Shown here one piece after another: positions 1 through 11,357 of a stretch of DNA of 64,000 nucleotides. The stretch comes from Nitrosomonadales bacterium (GTDB taxonomy: Bacteria; Pseudomonadota; Gammaproteobacteria; Burkholderiales; Methylophilaceae). A model generated the notes under the pieces. The model saw only the letters and a program-made list of their open reading frames with translations. It was not told the origin of the DNA and did not search any database. Numbering within the stretch: position 1 is the stretch's first letter; each line of letters starts with the position of its first letter. The translations under genes and the position numbers were made by a program. The stretch spans positions 1,595 to 65,594 of the forward strand of contig JAOMCC010000001.1 in assembly GCA_028344855.1 (NCBI GenBank), in the 5' to 3' direction.

Positions 1-27
1 TTAAAAGAAATTAAAAAATAGTTTTTT

Positions 28-813
28 ATGGAATTCGAAGAAAAAATCCATCCAACAGCATTAATTCATGATAAATCTAAATTACACTCTACAGTAAAAG
101 TGGGTGCTCATTCGGTTATTGGAGCAAATGTCACAATTGATGAGAATACTGAGGTTGGGAATTTTGTGACGTTATCAGGGAATACTGATATTGGAAAAAA
201 TAACAAAATTTATCACTATTGCTCTTTAGGAGAAATTCCTCAGGATAAAAAATTTACAAATGAGAAAACTTTTTTAAAAATTGGAAATAATAATACAATT
301 AGAGAATTTTGTACTTTTAATACTGGCACATTAGGTGGGGGAGGCATTACCGAAATAGGAAGCAATAATTGGTTAATGGCTTATGTTCATATTGCTCATG
401 ATTGCAAATTAGGAAATGAAATTGTTTTAGCTAATAATAGCTCCCTTGCTGGTCATGTCGAAATAGATGATTATGCAACTCTTGGTGGTTTTACCCTAGT
501 TCATCAGTTTTGTAAGATAGGAAAACATTCTATTACTGCAGTTGGCACAGTTACCTTTAAAGATATTCCTCCTTATGTAATTGCTGCTGGATACAATGCA
601 AAACCAAATGGAATTAACATTGAAGGCCTAAAAAGAAGAGATTTTTCTAAAAAATGTATTTCTAATATAAAAAAAGGATACAAAGTAATTTATAGGGAAG
701 GAAATACTTTAGAGGAAGCTAAAAAAACACTGTTAAATCTTGCAAAAAATAGTAATGAGATTAATCCATATATAGATTTTATAAATAAATCCAATAGAGG
801 ACTTATAAGATAG
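28..813 (+). CDS. lpxA: UDP-N-acetylglucosamine acyltransferase
   Basis: Hexapeptide repeats, MAYVHIAHDC motif, C-terminal S-x-RG-x-IR; directly upstream of lpxB. Confidence 0.97.
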   Translation: MEFEEKIHPTALIHDKSKLHSTVKVGAHSVIGANVTIDENTEVGNFVTLSGNTDIGKNNKIYHYCSLGEIPQDKKFTNEKTFLKIGNNNTIREFCTFNTGTLGGGGITEIGSNNWLMAYVHIAHDCKLGNEIVLANNSSLAGHVEIDDYATLGGFTLVHQFCKIGKHSITAVGTVTFKDIPPYVIAAGYNAKPNGINIEGLKRRDFSKKCISNIKKGYKVIYREGNTLEEAKKTLLNLAKNSNEINPYIDFINKSNRGLIR

Positions 814-1962
814 ATGCCAAAAATTGCTATTCTCGCTGGCGAAGCTTCTGGTGATTTAATTGCTGGTCAGTTAATGGGTTATTTAAATAAGAAAATAAAG
901 AATTTACAGTTTGTTGGTGTTGGAGGCCCGTTAATGAAAAAAGAGGGCTTAACTTCTTATTTTGACTATAGTGAATTAAGTGTTCATGGCTATTTTGAGG
1001 CGTATAGAAATTTTTTTCGATTACTATACTTAAGAACAAAGGTAATAAACTATTTATTAGAAGAAAAACCAAATATTTTTATTGGAATCGATTTACCAGA
1101 TTTTAATTTTAGAGTTGAAAAGATTTTAAAAGAGAATAATATTCGAATATTCCATTATGTGGCTCCTTCTGTATGGGCATGGAGAAAAAATAGAATATTT
1201 ACTATAAAAAAAAATATTGATCATTTGTTTACAGTTTATCCTCATGAATCAAAAATTTTTAAGAAAGCAAAAGTTCCAGTTACTTTTGTAGGTCATCCCT
1301 TAGCAAATAAAATACCAATTAATCCTAATATTAAAAATACAAGAAAAAAATTAAATTTGGCAGCAAATAAAATTATTACTCTTTTACCAGGAAGTAGAAT
1401 AAGTGAAATAAAGAATAATTTAGGTTTAATGTTTAATTCTGTAAATCTAATTAATAAAGAATTTCTTTGGAATAAATTAAAGAAACCTCAATTTATAATA
1501 CCTGTTAATTCCAAAAATAATTATGATTTTATAGTTAGAAGTCTTGATAGTAGTAACAATAATCTTAATAATATTAAGCTTATTTTTGGTCACTCTCATG
1601 ATGCTATATGTGCTTCTGATTTTGTTATATCTGTTTCAGGAACTGCAACTTTGGAGGCTGCATTATTTAAAAAACCAATGGTAATAGTTTACAAAACTTC
1701 TTTAATATCATGGTTGGTTCTTAAAAATTTGATTTTAATTCCTTATATTGGATTACCAAATATTTTATTAAAGAAATTTGTAGTTCCTGAATTTCTTCAA
1801 AGTAATGCAACACCAGAAAATATCTCAATGAAAACAATTGAGATTATGCAGAATAAGAAATTACAAAAAAATTTGAAATCAATATTTAAAGAGCTTCATA
1901 TTGATCTCAAAAAAAATACTGCAGATATAATTTACAAGAAAATAAATAATTATCTTAAATGA
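814..1962 (+). CDS. lpxB: Lipid-A-disaccharide synthase
   Basis: AGEASGD, PSVWAWR, LLPGSR, SGTATLE motifs. Confidence 0.97.
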   Translation: MPKIAILAGEASGDLIAGQLMGYLNKKIKNLQFVGVGGPLMKKEGLTSYFDYSELSVHGYFEAYRNFFRLLYLRTKVINYLLEEKPNIFIGIDLPDFNFRVEKILKENNIRIFHYVAPSVWAWRKNRIFTIKKNIDHLFTVYPHESKIFKKAKVPVTFVGHPLANKIPINPNIKNTRKKLNLAANKIITLLPGSRISEIKNNLGLMFNSVNLINKEFLWNKLKKPQFIIPVNSKNNYDFIVRSLDSSNNNLNNIKLIFGHSHDAICASDFVISVSGTATLEAALFKKPMVIVYKTSLISWLVLKNLILIPYIGLPNILLKKFVVPEFLQSNATPENISMKTIEIMQNKKLQKNLKSIFKELHIDLKKNTADIIYKKINNYLK

Positions 1963-2540
1963 CCTTAATATGTGGAATTGATGAAGCCGGAAGAGGTCCT
2001 CTATGTGGGCCAGTTTTTGCTTCTGCAGTAATTTTAGACTCAAATGATGAGTATATAAATAAATTGACTGATTCAAAAAAATTATCAGAAAAAAATAGGA
2101 TTTCTATATACGAACAAATTAAACTAAAAGCTGTTGATTTCTCATTTGCAAAAGCATCAGTTGCTGAGATAGATAGAATTAACATTCTTGAGGCTTCTTT
2201 GTTAGCAATGAAAAGAGCGTTTGATTTACTTAAAAAAAAACCAGATTATGTTTTTGTTGATGGTATTTATTGCCCAGAAATAAAAAATATTCTAATTAAG
2301 TCCATCCCTAAAGGTGATTCATTAATTCCAGCGATTTCTGCTGCATCTATAATTGCTAAAGTTGAGAGAGATAGATACATGGTAGACCTCGATCAAAAAT
2401 ATCCTCAATATAATTTGAAGAAGCATAAAGGTTACCCTACAAAAGAACATATAAAATTAATTAAACAATATGGTGTTAAAAAGATTCATCGATTATCTTT
2501 TAAGCCAATAAAAGAATTAATTAATAAGAAAAATACATAA
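1959..2540 (+). CDS. rnhB: Ribonuclease HII
   Basis: GIDEAGRGP, DSKKL, AASIIAKVERD, HKGYPT motifs. Confidence 0.97.
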   Translation: MTLICGIDEAGRGPLCGPVFASAVILDSNDEYINKLTDSKKLSEKNRISIYEQIKLKAVDFSFAKASVAEIDRINILEASLLAMKRAFDLLKKKPDYVFVDGIYCPEIKNILIKSIPKGDSLIPAISAASIIAKVERDRYMVDLDQKYPQYNLKKHKGYPTKEHIKLIKQYGVKKIHRLSFKPIKELINKKNT

Positions 2541-3239
2541 TTGTTTTTTGACATTTATTATTTTTTTTAATCGCCAATTAGCTATTGAATCTCTATATAT
2601 TTTTTCATGACTTCCAGTTAAATTTATAGCAATACATAGCTCAATTTTATCTTCTAAAATTCTTAATAAATCTTTTAAGAGCTGTTCATTTCTGTATGGA
2701 GTTTCAATAAATATTTGTGTTTCTTTATCTTTTTTTACAGACTCCATCATTTTTTTTATATATCTTTCTTTTTCAGAATTTTTAATAGGGATATATCCAT
2801 GGAATTTAAATTTTTGCCCATTAAACCCAGATGCCATAAGACTTAAGATGACTGATGAAGGTCCATTTAAGGGTCTTACTTTAATTTTTTTTAGATGGGC
2901 ATATTTAACTATATTTGCACCTGGATCTGCAATACATGGACTTCCTGAGTCAGAAAGTAAACCCATATCATTTCCATTAAACAATGGCTTTAAGAATTCT
3001 TTCATTTCAAAATCACTAGTTCTATTATTATATTTATTTAGGATAACGGACTGTATTTTAGTTTTAAGCCCAATTTGTAAGAGTGTTTTCCTAGCTATTT
3101 TTTCATTTTCAACAATGAAATATTTTATATTTTTTAATAATTTTTTGTGGTGATCTAATAAAAAAGGAACATCTTCATTTTGTTCTATTGAGGATGGTAT
3201 TAAGAAGAGACTTCCTAAATCTTGATTATGCTTTACCAT
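2517..3239 (-). CDS. SAM-dependent methyltransferase, tetrapyrrole-methylase (RsmI-like) family
   Basis: GLLSDSGSPCIADPG, GPSS..L.LMASG.NGQ.F.FHGY, FIETPYRN; usual neighbour of maf in Betaproteobacteria. Confidence 0.85.
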   Translation of the reverse strand: MVKHNQDLGSLFLIPSSIEQNEDVPFLLDHHKKLLKNIKYFIVENEKIARKTLLQIGLKTKIQSVILNKYNNRTSDFEMKEFLKPLFNGNDMGLLSDSGSPCIADPGANIVKYAHLKKIKVRPLNGPSSVILSLMASGFNGQKFKFHGYIPIKNSEKERYIKKMMESVKKDKETQIFIETPYRNEQLLKDLLRILEDKIELCIAINLTGSHEKIYRDSIANWRLKKIINVKKQLCIFLIN

Positions 3240-3813
3240 TAATTATGACACCAAATTTATTTAAAATAGTCACTAATGCAATAAGTGGTAGCCCTATAAT
3301 TGCTGTTGGATCAGAACTATTAATCTCTTCTAAAAGGCTTATTCCTAAGCCTTCAGATTTTATACTTCCTACACAATTAAATGGTTTTTCATGGTTTAAA
3401 TAATTTTCAATTTCAACTAGGGATAAATCTTTATACTTAACATTAAAGCTAATAACTTTTTTATGTGAAATATTTTTCTTAAAATGCGTTACACAAATAG
3501 CACTGTGAAAATTTACTTGTTTACCACTTAATTCTTTTAATTGAGACAAAGCTAATTTAAAATTTAATGGTTTTTCAATTTGAATATTATTGTATTCTGC
3601 AGTTTGATCACAACCAATCACAATAGCTTCTCTAAATTCATTTGATATTTTTTTTGCTTTTTCTTCTGCAAGTCTTTGAGCAGATTCATATGCATTTTCA
3701 GTCTTTATTTTTTTCTCGTCTATGTTGGGACTTAGAACTTTAAATTCCGATAATATTCTTTGAAGTAATTCTTTTCTATAAATTGATGAAGATGCAAGAA
3801 TGATTTGTGACAT
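3226..3813 (-). CDS. maf: Maf-family nucleotide pyrophosphatase (YceF-like)
   Basis: ILASSS.YR, IGCDQ, C.GS.KSEGLG, DPTAIIGLPL motifs. Confidence 0.92.
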   Translation of the reverse strand: MSQIILASSSIYRKELLQRILSEFKVLSPNIDEKKIKTENAYESAQRLAEEKAKKISNEFREAIVIGCDQTAEYNNIQIEKPLNFKLALSQLKELSGKQVNFHSAICVTHFKKNISHKKVISFNVKYKDLSLVEIENYLNHEKPFNCVGSIKSEGLGISLLEEINSSDPTAIIGLPLIALVTILNKFGVIINGKA

Positions 3814-3826
3814 TTTTAGTTAAAAA

Positions 3827-5674
3827 TTAAGATTGGATTTCTAGTAACGTTTCATTCGGTGATACATCATCACCTTTTTTAATATTTATAGCAACTATCA
3901 TTCCTGTCTTAGATGCTTGAATCTCATTTTCCATTTTCATTGCTTCAATAACAATAATACTATCACCTGCTGAAACATTATCACCAACAGTGACTTTAAT
4001 ATCAATTATTTTACCAGGCATAGCCGTCGTTATGCAGCCATCATGACTAGGTTTTGAACGCGAATTATTTTTTTTATTTTCGTCTGAATTACTTTCTTTT
4101 ATGCTTGATTCACCAGATGGTTTATTAACTACGATTTCGTCTAGAGTTTCAACTAAGACTTCTTCTGAAATTCCATCTACAGATACATAAAATGGTCTCT
4201 CAATCTCGCTTGGATCACCAGAGCCAGTAAGGTTGATATGATAAGTTTCTCCATGAAGTGTGATATTAAATTCAGTTGGAGCAAAATGATCTCCTTTGTT
4301 CATTTGTTCTGTTTGATTTAATAAAACTTCTGGTTCCAATGTGCCTGCATTTCTTTCTTGTAAGAATATTGTTGCTATATCTGGAAACATAGCATAAGTT
4401 AAAATATCTTCCTCTGTTGAAGCAAAAGATTCCGATTTAATTTTTAGATTATTAATTTCTGGTTTTAATTTATCTGCAGGTCTTGACGTAATTTCTTTTT
4501 GATCACCAATAGCTTTTTTCTTTATAACAGTATTTAATTTTCCTGGCGCCATACCGTATTGACCAAGGAAATAATTTTTAACTTCAGATGTTATTGTTTT
4601 ATATCTCTCACCAGTAATAATATTTAGGGCTGCTTGTGTTCCAACTATTTGTGAGGTTGGAGTTACTAAAGGAGGGTAGCCCAAATCTTTTCTGACAGCA
4701 GGAATTTCTTTTAAGACATCATTCATTTTATCTAAAGCCCCTTGGTCTTTGAGTTGATTAGATAAATTTGAAATCATTCCACCTGGAACTTGATTAATCA
4801 GTACTTTTGGATCTAGTCCCGTAAATTCAGATTCAAATTGCCAATATTTTTTCCTATTTTCTTTTAGATAATCTGTAATCTCATCTATTTTTGATAAATC
4901 AATACCAGTTTTATAGCCCATACCTTCAAGAGCAACTACTATTGATTCAGTTGATGGATGACTAGCTCCTTCTGAGTAACTTGAATTGCAAGTATCAATT
5001 ATTTCAGCTCCTGCCTCAACTGCTTTAATTAAGTTAATACTGGCTAAGCCAGAAGTTGCATGGCAATGCATATGGATTGGTAAGCTAGTATTTTTAACTA
5101 GTGAACTAACTAAATCTTTAGTATCTTCTGGAGTCAATAATCCAGCCATATCTTTGATTGCAATACTATCACATCCAAGCTCTTCAAGTTTTTTTCCTAA
5201 AGAAACAAAATATTCATTGTTGTGAACCGGCGAAGTCGTGTAACTTATTGTTCCCTCTGCATGTTTTTTATATTTTTTTACCGCCTTAATTGAAACCTCA
5301 ATATTCCTTATATCATTAAGAGCATCAAATACTCTAAAAACATCAACTCCATTATCTGCTGATTTTTTTACAAATAATTCAACAACGTCATCTGAATAAT
5401 GACGGTAACCTAACAAATTTTGCCCTCTCAATAGCATTTGAATTTTACTATTTGGCAAAGCTTTTCTAAGTTTAGTTAATCGCTCCCATGGGTCTTCTTT
5501 AAGATAGCGCACACATGCATCAAATGTAGCACCACCCCAGGCTTCAATAGACCAAAAATTTAAATTATCAAGCATTGGACATATTGGAAGCATGTCCTCA
5601 GTTCTAAGTCGAGTTGCAATATGACATTGATGTCCATCCCTTAAAACAAGTTCTGTGATATTAATTTTTTTCAT
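3827..5674 (-). CDS. pycB: Pyruvate carboxylase subunit B (carboxyltransferase plus biotin carrier; OadA-like)
   Basis: LRDGHQ, WGGATFD, QVPGGM, PPLVTPTSQIVG and biotin site EAMKM; paired with a biotin carboxylase, no oadB/oadG nearby. Confidence 0.9.
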   Translation of the reverse strand: MKKINITELVLRDGHQCHIATRLRTEDMLPICPMLDNLNFWSIEAWGGATFDACVRYLKEDPWERLTKLRKALPNSKIQMLLRGQNLLGYRHYSDDVVELFVKKSADNGVDVFRVFDALNDIRNIEVSIKAVKKYKKHAEGTISYTTSPVHNNEYFVSLGKKLEELGCDSIAIKDMAGLLTPEDTKDLVSSLVKNTSLPIHMHCHATSGLASINLIKAVEAGAEIIDTCNSSYSEGASHPSTESIVVALEGMGYKTGIDLSKIDEITDYLKENRKKYWQFESEFTGLDPKVLINQVPGGMISNLSNQLKDQGALDKMNDVLKEIPAVRKDLGYPPLVTPTSQIVGTQAALNIITGERYKTITSEVKNYFLGQYGMAPGKLNTVIKKKAIGDQKEITSRPADKLKPEINNLKIKSESFASTEEDILTYAMFPDIATIFLQERNAGTLEPEVLLNQTEQMNKGDHFAPTEFNITLHGETYHINLTGSGDPSEIERPFYVSVDGISEEVLVETLDEIVVNKPSGESSIKESNSDENKKNNSRSKPSHDGCITTAMPGKIIDIKVTVGDNVSAGDSIIVIEAMKMENEIQASKTGMIVAINIKKGDDVSPNETLLEIQS

Positions 5675-5679
5675 ATAAT

Positions 5680-7098
5680 TTATATTCCTTCATGCGCTGC
5701 AATTGCAGCACTTATTGCAGCGGCAATTACACTGGGTGGAAGCTCATCATCATAATCTGTTAGTTCTGGGTGCACATCAACAAAACTAGTATTAAATTCA
5801 GCATCTATAAAATTTTGATTTTTAAGTATTTCAAGATAATAAGGAATTGTTGTCTTAATTCCAAATAAACCAATATCACCTAAAGCTCTTCTTCCTCTTT
5901 GAATTGTATCTGACCAATTCATTGCCCATATAGTTAATTTTGCACACATAGAATCATAATAGGGCGGTATTATATAACCAGTATATATTGCGGCATCTGT
6001 TCGAACTCCTGGCCCACCCGCTGCATAATACCTTGTTATTTTACCAAAAGATGGTAAAAAGTCTTTTTTTGGATCTTCAGCATTTATTCTAAACTCAATA
6101 GCAAAACCTCTATAAGAAACATCATCTTGTTTATAACTTAAAATACAGCCACTTGCGATTCTAATTTGTTCTTGGACGATATCAACACCTGTTATCGTTT
6201 CCGTTATTGTATGTTCAACCTGAAGTCGAGTATTCATTTCCATAAAATAAAAATTATTTTCTTGATCTAATAAAAACTCTACGGTACCAGCATTTTCATA
6301 ACTAACAGCTTTAGCTGCTTTTACTGCTAAATGCCCTATATAATTTCTTTGATCTTCATTTAATTGAGGTGAGGGGGCAATCTCTATAAGTTTTTGATTT
6401 CTTCTTTGCACAGAACAATCTCTTTCATAGAGATGAATAAAATTTTGATGACTATCAGCAAGAATTTGAACTTCTATATGTTTAGGGGTTAATACACATT
6501 TCTCTATAAAAATTTCTGGTTTACCAAATGCTTTGGTTGCTTCTGAAATCACTCTATCATAATTGGCAGTTAATTCTGAATTATCATCACATCTTCTAAT
6601 ACCCCTGCCACCACCACCATTTGTTGCTTTAAGCATAATTGGATAACCAATATTGTCAGCAATTTTAATAGCTTCATCTAGACTTTCAACATTTTCTTCA
6701 CTTCCAGGTATTACTGGAATATCAGCTTCCATCATAGCTTGTCTTGCTTGAATTTTATCACCCATTTTTCTGATTATTTTAGAATCAGGACCAATAAATT
6801 TTATATTTCTTCGTTCACAGACTTCAGCTAATTCTGGGTTTTCTGATAAAAAACCGTAACCAGGGTGTATAGCATCACATCTTGCAGTAACAGCAATATT
6901 AACAATTCTATAGGGGCTTAAGTATCCAGATAGTGGGTCTGAGCCAATATAATATGATTCATCAGCTTTTTTAACATGTAATGAATGGCGGTCTGCATCT
7001 GAATAGATAGCAACACTTGTAATTCCCATTTCCTTGCATGCTCGAATTATACGAACTGCTATTTCTCCACGATTAGCTATTAAAATCTTATCAATCAA
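5680..7098 (-). CDS. pycA: Pyruvate carboxylase subunit A (biotin carboxylase)
   Basis: ANRGEIA, HPGYGFLSEN, GGGGRG, EMNTRLQVEH; TTG start. Confidence 0.9.
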   Translation of the reverse strand: MIDKILIANRGEIAVRIIRACKEMGITSVAIYSDADRHSLHVKKADESYYIGSDPLSGYLSPYRIVNIAVTARCDAIHPGYGFLSENPELAEVCERRNIKFIGPDSKIIRKMGDKIQARQAMMEADIPVIPGSEENVESLDEAIKIADNIGYPIMLKATNGGGGRGIRRCDDNSELTANYDRVISEATKAFGKPEIFIEKCVLTPKHIEVQILADSHQNFIHLYERDCSVQRRNQKLIEIAPSPQLNEDQRNYIGHLAVKAAKAVSYENAGTVEFLLDQENNFYFMEMNTRLQVEHTITETITGVDIVQEQIRIASGCILSYKQDDVSYRGFAIEFRINAEDPKKDFLPSFGKITRYYAAGGPGVRTDAAIYTGYIIPPYYDSMCAKLTIWAMNWSDTIQRGRRALGDIGLFGIKTTIPYYLEILKNQNFIDAEFNTSFVDVHPELTDYDDELPPSVIAAAISAAIAAHEGI

Positions 7099-7354
7099 AA
7101 ATAGGTTTTCCTTTGAATAAATTTCTTATTGATTTAATATTATTTGGTAATTATTTTTAACTTAATTATAACATGTGAACAATTTCATAATTAATTCTGA
7201 GGGCTTGAAACGCTATTAAAAAAAAGTTAACAGAGATTAAATTATTTATATAATTTACGGTTTTATGCTAAAATTTCGCTTTAAATTTTGAGCAAAACTT
7301 CTTAACGTGTATGCAGTTAGAATTTTAAGTTCATTATTACAATAAGGAGTTATT

Positions 7355-7534
7355 ATGGCTGTTCAAAAAAGTAAAAAAACACCTTCTAAAATAGGTATGC
7401 GTCGTTCTCACGATAGTTTATCAAATCCTGCTTTAGCTATTGAACAAACAACTGGCGAAACTCATTTAAGGCACCATATTAGCCCTACAGGGTTCTATAA
7501 AGGCAAAAAAGTTATAGCCACTAAAGGTGAATAA
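7355..7534 (+). CDS. rpmF: 50S ribosomal protein L32 (below the ORF-track length cut-off)
   Basis: Manual translation [20 protein letters not shown]...[20 protein letters not shown]; AAGGAG RBS; upstream of plsX. Confidence 0.96.
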   Translation: MAVQKSKKTPSKIGMRRSHDSLSNPALAIEQTTGETHLRHHISPTGFYKGKKVIATKGE

Positions 7535-7560
7535 AATCTTTATAGCTTTCAATTAAAATT

Positions 7561-8568
7561 ATGCAACAAACAATTGCTATTGATGCGATGGGTGGGGATC
7601 GAGGAATTAATGTTACAGTTCCTGCCTCAATAGAAATTCTCAATCAATTTCCAGAAGTTAAAATTATTCTTATTGGGAATGATGCTTTAATCAACAAAAC
7701 TTTAAGTAAGCTAAAAGTAAAAAATCATCAACGTTTAGAAATAATTAATTCAAAAGAATCAGTTGAAATGAATGAGTCCCCTCAATCAGCTTTAAAAAAT
7801 AAAAAAAAATCTTCAATGAGATTAGCAATTAATTTGTTAAAAACAAATGAAGCATCTGCTTGTGTAAGTGCTGGTAATACTGGTGCGTTAATGGCAACAG
7901 CTCGCTTTGTATTAAAAATGCTCCCTGGTATTGAGCGTCCTGCTATTGCCTCTAATCTTCCAAATGAAAATGGTGTAACTTGTATGCTTGATTTAGGAGC
8001 CAATACTGATAGCACACCTGAACAGCTTCTGCAGTTTGGCTTAATGGGAGCTATGTTAACAAGTGCTTTAACAAAAAATAAAAATCCATCTGTTGGTCTT
8101 TTAAACATAGGATCTGAGGATATAAAAGGAAATGAGGTAGTTAAAAAAGCATCTAAGCTTCTTAAGGAAAGCCATTTGAATTTTTACGGTAATGTAGAGG
8201 GTGATGATATTTTTAAAGGTACTACCGACGTTGTTGTTTGCGATGGTTTTGTTGGTAATATTGCTCTAAAAACTTCTGAAGGAGTAGTTAGAATGTTCGG
8301 TAAATTTTTAACTGCAGAATACAAAAAAAATTGGATTACAAAAGTTATAGCTTTAATTTCTTTATCACTTTTAAAAGCTTTTAAAAAAAGACTTGACCCA
8401 AGAAGATATAATGGAGCATCGTTTTTAGGACTCAATGGGATTGTAGTTAAAAGCCATGGAAGCGCAGATACATTAGCTTTTAAAACAGCAATAATTACTG
8501 CTATTGAAGAATCTGAAAATAGAATACTTGATAAAATTAAAAAGCAAATTAAAATTGAATCTAGTTAA
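7561..8568 (+). CDS. plsX: Phosphate acyltransferase
   Basis: [27 protein letters not shown]. Confidence 0.97.
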   Translation: MQQTIAIDAMGGDRGINVTVPASIEILNQFPEVKIILIGNDALINKTLSKLKVKNHQRLEIINSKESVEMNESPQSALKNKKKSSMRLAINLLKTNEASACVSAGNTGALMATARFVLKMLPGIERPAIASNLPNENGVTCMLDLGANTDSTPEQLLQFGLMGAMLTSALTKNKNPSVGLLNIGSEDIKGNEVVKKASKLLKESHLNFYGNVEGDDIFKGTTDVVVCDGFVGNIALKTSEGVVRMFGKFLTAEYKKNWITKVIALISLSLLKAFKKRLDPRRYNGASFLGLNGIVVKSHGSADTLAFKTAIITAIEESENRILDKIKKQIKIESS

Positions 8569-8585
8569 ATAAATCTAAGAAAAAT

Positions 8586-9539
8586 ATGATATTTTCTAAA
8601 ATAATAGGTGTTGGTAGTTTTCTTCCTAAGAAAGTTTTAACAAATAGAGAGTTAGAAAAAACTCTCGATACAACTGATGAATGGATTACTTCAAGGACTG
8701 GTATTAAAGAAAGACATATAGTTGAACCAAATGAGCTAACTTCTGATTTGGCTTTTGAGGCAGCTAAAAACGCAATAAATCAGGCTAACATCGGTGCTAA
8801 TAAAATTGACTTGATTATCGTTGCTACTACTACTCCAGATAAAATTTTTCCAAGTGTTGCATGTAATGTTCAAAAAAAATTAGGAATAAAAAATTGTCCT
8901 GCTTTTGACATTCAAGCTGTTTGTAGCGGATTTATATATGCTTTATCAGTAGCTGACAATTTTATTAAAACAAATTCAGCAACAAATGTTCTTATTGTCG
9001 GTGCTGATTCTATGTCAAGAATTACTGACTATTCTGATAGAAGTAATTCTATTTTATGGGGTGATGGTGCTGGTGCAGTTATACTTTCAGCATCAAATAA
9101 ACAAGGAATTCTTTCAACGCATATTCATGCTGATGGTCAACATGAGGAATTACTGCATGTTCCAACCACAAATATCAAAGATAATACTCAACAAACAATT
9201 GAGATGAATGGAAGTCAAGTATTTAAAATTGCAGTCAATACATTAGATCAAATTGTAGATGAGGCATTAATTGCTAATAATCTTAAAAAGGAAGATATCG
9301 ATTGGCTTGTTCCCCATCAGGCAAATATTAGAATTCTTGAGGCAACGGCTAAAAAATTAGAAATGAGTATGGAAAAAGTTATTGTTACGATAGATAGGCA
9401 TGGAAATACATCCGCAGCTTCAATTCCTCTTGCGTTAGATGATGGTATAAAAAGTCACAAGATTAAAGAAGGTCATCTTTTATTAATGGAAGCTTTTGGG
9501 GGTGGTTTTACTTGGGGTTCCGCACTTGTAAGACTTTAA
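8586..9539 (+). CDS. fabH: 3-oxoacyl-ACP synthase III
   Basis: AVCSGF, PHQAN, GNTSAAS. Confidence 0.97.
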   Translation: MIFSKIIGVGSFLPKKVLTNRELEKTLDTTDEWITSRTGIKERHIVEPNELTSDLAFEAAKNAINQANIGANKIDLIIVATTTPDKIFPSVACNVQKKLGIKNCPAFDIQAVCSGFIYALSVADNFIKTNSATNVLIVGADSMSRITDYSDRSNSILWGDGAGAVILSASNKQGILSTHIHADGQHEELLHVPTTNIKDNTQQTIEMNGSQVFKIAVNTLDQIVDEALIANNLKKEDIDWLVPHQANIRILEATAKKLEMSMEKVIVTIDRHGNTSAASIPLALDDGIKSHKIKEGHLLLMEAFGGGFTWGSALVRL

Positions 9540-10472
9540 ATGACAAAATATATTATTACATTTCCTGGTCAAGGCTCTCAATCAATTGGAATGATGGATA
9601 ATCTTTCTAATGTTTCAATTATAAAAGAAACATTTGATGAAGCTGCAAGGATTTTAAATAAAGATTTTTGGGCTATGAGTTCATCAGAAAATGAGGATAT
9701 TAATCAAACAATAAATACTCAACCTTTGATGCTAACTGCTGGAGTTGCAACTTGGAGATATCTTCAAGAGAATAATCTAGATTCACCAAGTTTTATTGCA
9801 GGCCATAGTTTAGGAGAATTTACTGCTTTAGTAGCAGCAAATTCTTTAACTTTTGAAAGTGCTTTAAAAATTGTTACGAAAAGAGCTGAATTGATGCAGA
9901 ATGCAGTGCCATATAATAAAGGTGGAATGGCAGCAATTATAGGCTTAGAAGATGAAAAGGTTATTGATATATGCAAACAAGAACAAGGCGAGGGTGTTTT
10001 GCAAGCTGTTAATTTTAATTCGCCAGGACAAATTGTTATCGCTGGATCAAAAAATATACTAGAGAAATCCTTAGAAATATTTAAAAATGCGGGAGCAAAA
10101 AGAGCTATTTTACTCCCAGTAAGTGTACCTTCTCATTCTAAATTGATGAAACCAGCATCAATTCTATTCGGGGATTATTTGAATAAAATAAACTTCAATC
10201 TCCCAAAATTTCCTATTATTCAGAACTTTGAAGCTATATATTATAATGACCTTGATAAAATTAAATTAGCACTTGTTCATCAGCTATTTAATCCAGTAAA
10301 GTGGACGCAAACAATTAATTTTTTATCAACAAAAGGAATTAATTTATTTATTGAAGCTGGTCCTGGTAAAGTTTTAACAGGCCTGAATAAAAGAATTAAT
10401 AAAGAAGCAGCTCATGTTTCAGTTACTAGCAAAGAAGCTATTAATGAAATTTTTTTAAAATTAGGGAATTAA
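9540..10472 (+). CDS. fabD: Malonyl-CoA:ACP transacylase
   Basis: FPGQGSQ, GHSLGE, VSVPSH. Confidence 0.97.
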   Translation: MTKYIITFPGQGSQSIGMMDNLSNVSIIKETFDEAARILNKDFWAMSSSENEDINQTINTQPLMLTAGVATWRYLQENNLDSPSFIAGHSLGEFTALVAANSLTFESALKIVTKRAELMQNAVPYNKGGMAAIIGLEDEKVIDICKQEQGEGVLQAVNFNSPGQIVIAGSKNILEKSLEIFKNAGAKRAILLPVSVPSHSKLMKPASILFGDYLNKINFNLPKFPIIQNFEAIYYNDLDKIKLALVHQLFNPVKWTQTINFLSTKGINLFIEAGPGKVLTGLNKRINKEAAHVSVTSKEAINEIFLKLGN

Positions 10473-10475
10473 TTA

Positions 10476-11225
10476 ATGAAAGAGCAAAAAACAAGTAAAA
10501 TTGCACTTGTGACAGGAGCAAGTAGAGGTATCGGTGCTGCAATTGCATTAGATTTAGCTGAAAATAATATCTTTGTTATTGGAACAGCAACTTCAGATCA
10601 TGGCGTAAAAAAAATAGAAGAAAGTCTTAAGGTAAACCATCAAAAGGGAATTGGACTAATCTTGAATGTAAATGACAATTTGTCAATCGAGAATTTGATA
10701 TCAAATATTGAAGAAAATTATGGTGATATAGATATTTTAATCAATAACGCAGGCGTAACTAAAGATAATTTACTTATGAAAATGAAAGAAGAAGATTGGG
10801 ATAAGGTTATTAATACTAATTTGAAATCAGTATTTAAATTAAGCCAATCATTAATAAGAAAAATGATAAAAAATAAATATGGCCGCATTATTAATATATC
10901 TTCGGTGGTTGGGTATTCTGGTAATACAGGTCAAACAAATTATGCCGCATCAAAATCAGGCATATCTGGCTTTACAAAATCTTTAGCTCAAGAAGTTGGT
11001 AGTAGAGGTATTACTGTCAATTGTATAGCTCCAGGATTTATAGATACAGAAATGACTCAATCTCTTTCAGATGAGCATAAGAATCAATTATTATCCAAAA
11101 TTCCTCTTGGAAAGTTGGGTAATCCTGAAGATATTGCCAATGCAGTAACTTTTTTAGTATCCGATAAAGCTAATTATATAACAGGTGAAACCATTCATAT
11201 CAACGGGGGTATGTTAATGACTTAA
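10476..11225 (+). CDS. fabG: 3-oxoacyl-ACP reductase
   Basis: TGASRGIG, NNAG, YAASK. Confidence 0.97.
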   Translation: MKEQKTSKIALVTGASRGIGAAIALDLAENNIFVIGTATSDHGVKKIEESLKVNHQKGIGLILNVNDNLSIENLISNIEENYGDIDILINNAGVTKDNLLMKMKEEDWDKVINTNLKSVFKLSQSLIRKMIKNKYGRIINISSVVGYSGNTGQTNYAASKSGISGFTKSLAQEVGSRGITVNCIAPGFIDTEMTQSLSDEHKNQLLSKIPLGKLGNPEDIANAVTFLVSDKANYITGETIHINGGMLMT

Positions 11226-11357
11226 TTTTTAATTTCTATATAAATCATATAGTTATCAAATCTTTTCAAAATTAATTAAAATAGTTTAATAATTTAACCA
11301 TTCATTTGATAAAATGTCGTCTAGTATTTTTATTCGTTTTTAAAAAGGAGTTTATAA

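Noticed and set aside
3827-5674. Na+-pumping oxaloacetate decarboxylase alpha subunit
   Set aside because: No beta or gamma subunit genes; the adjacent biotin carboxylase indicates two-subunit pyruvate carboxylase.
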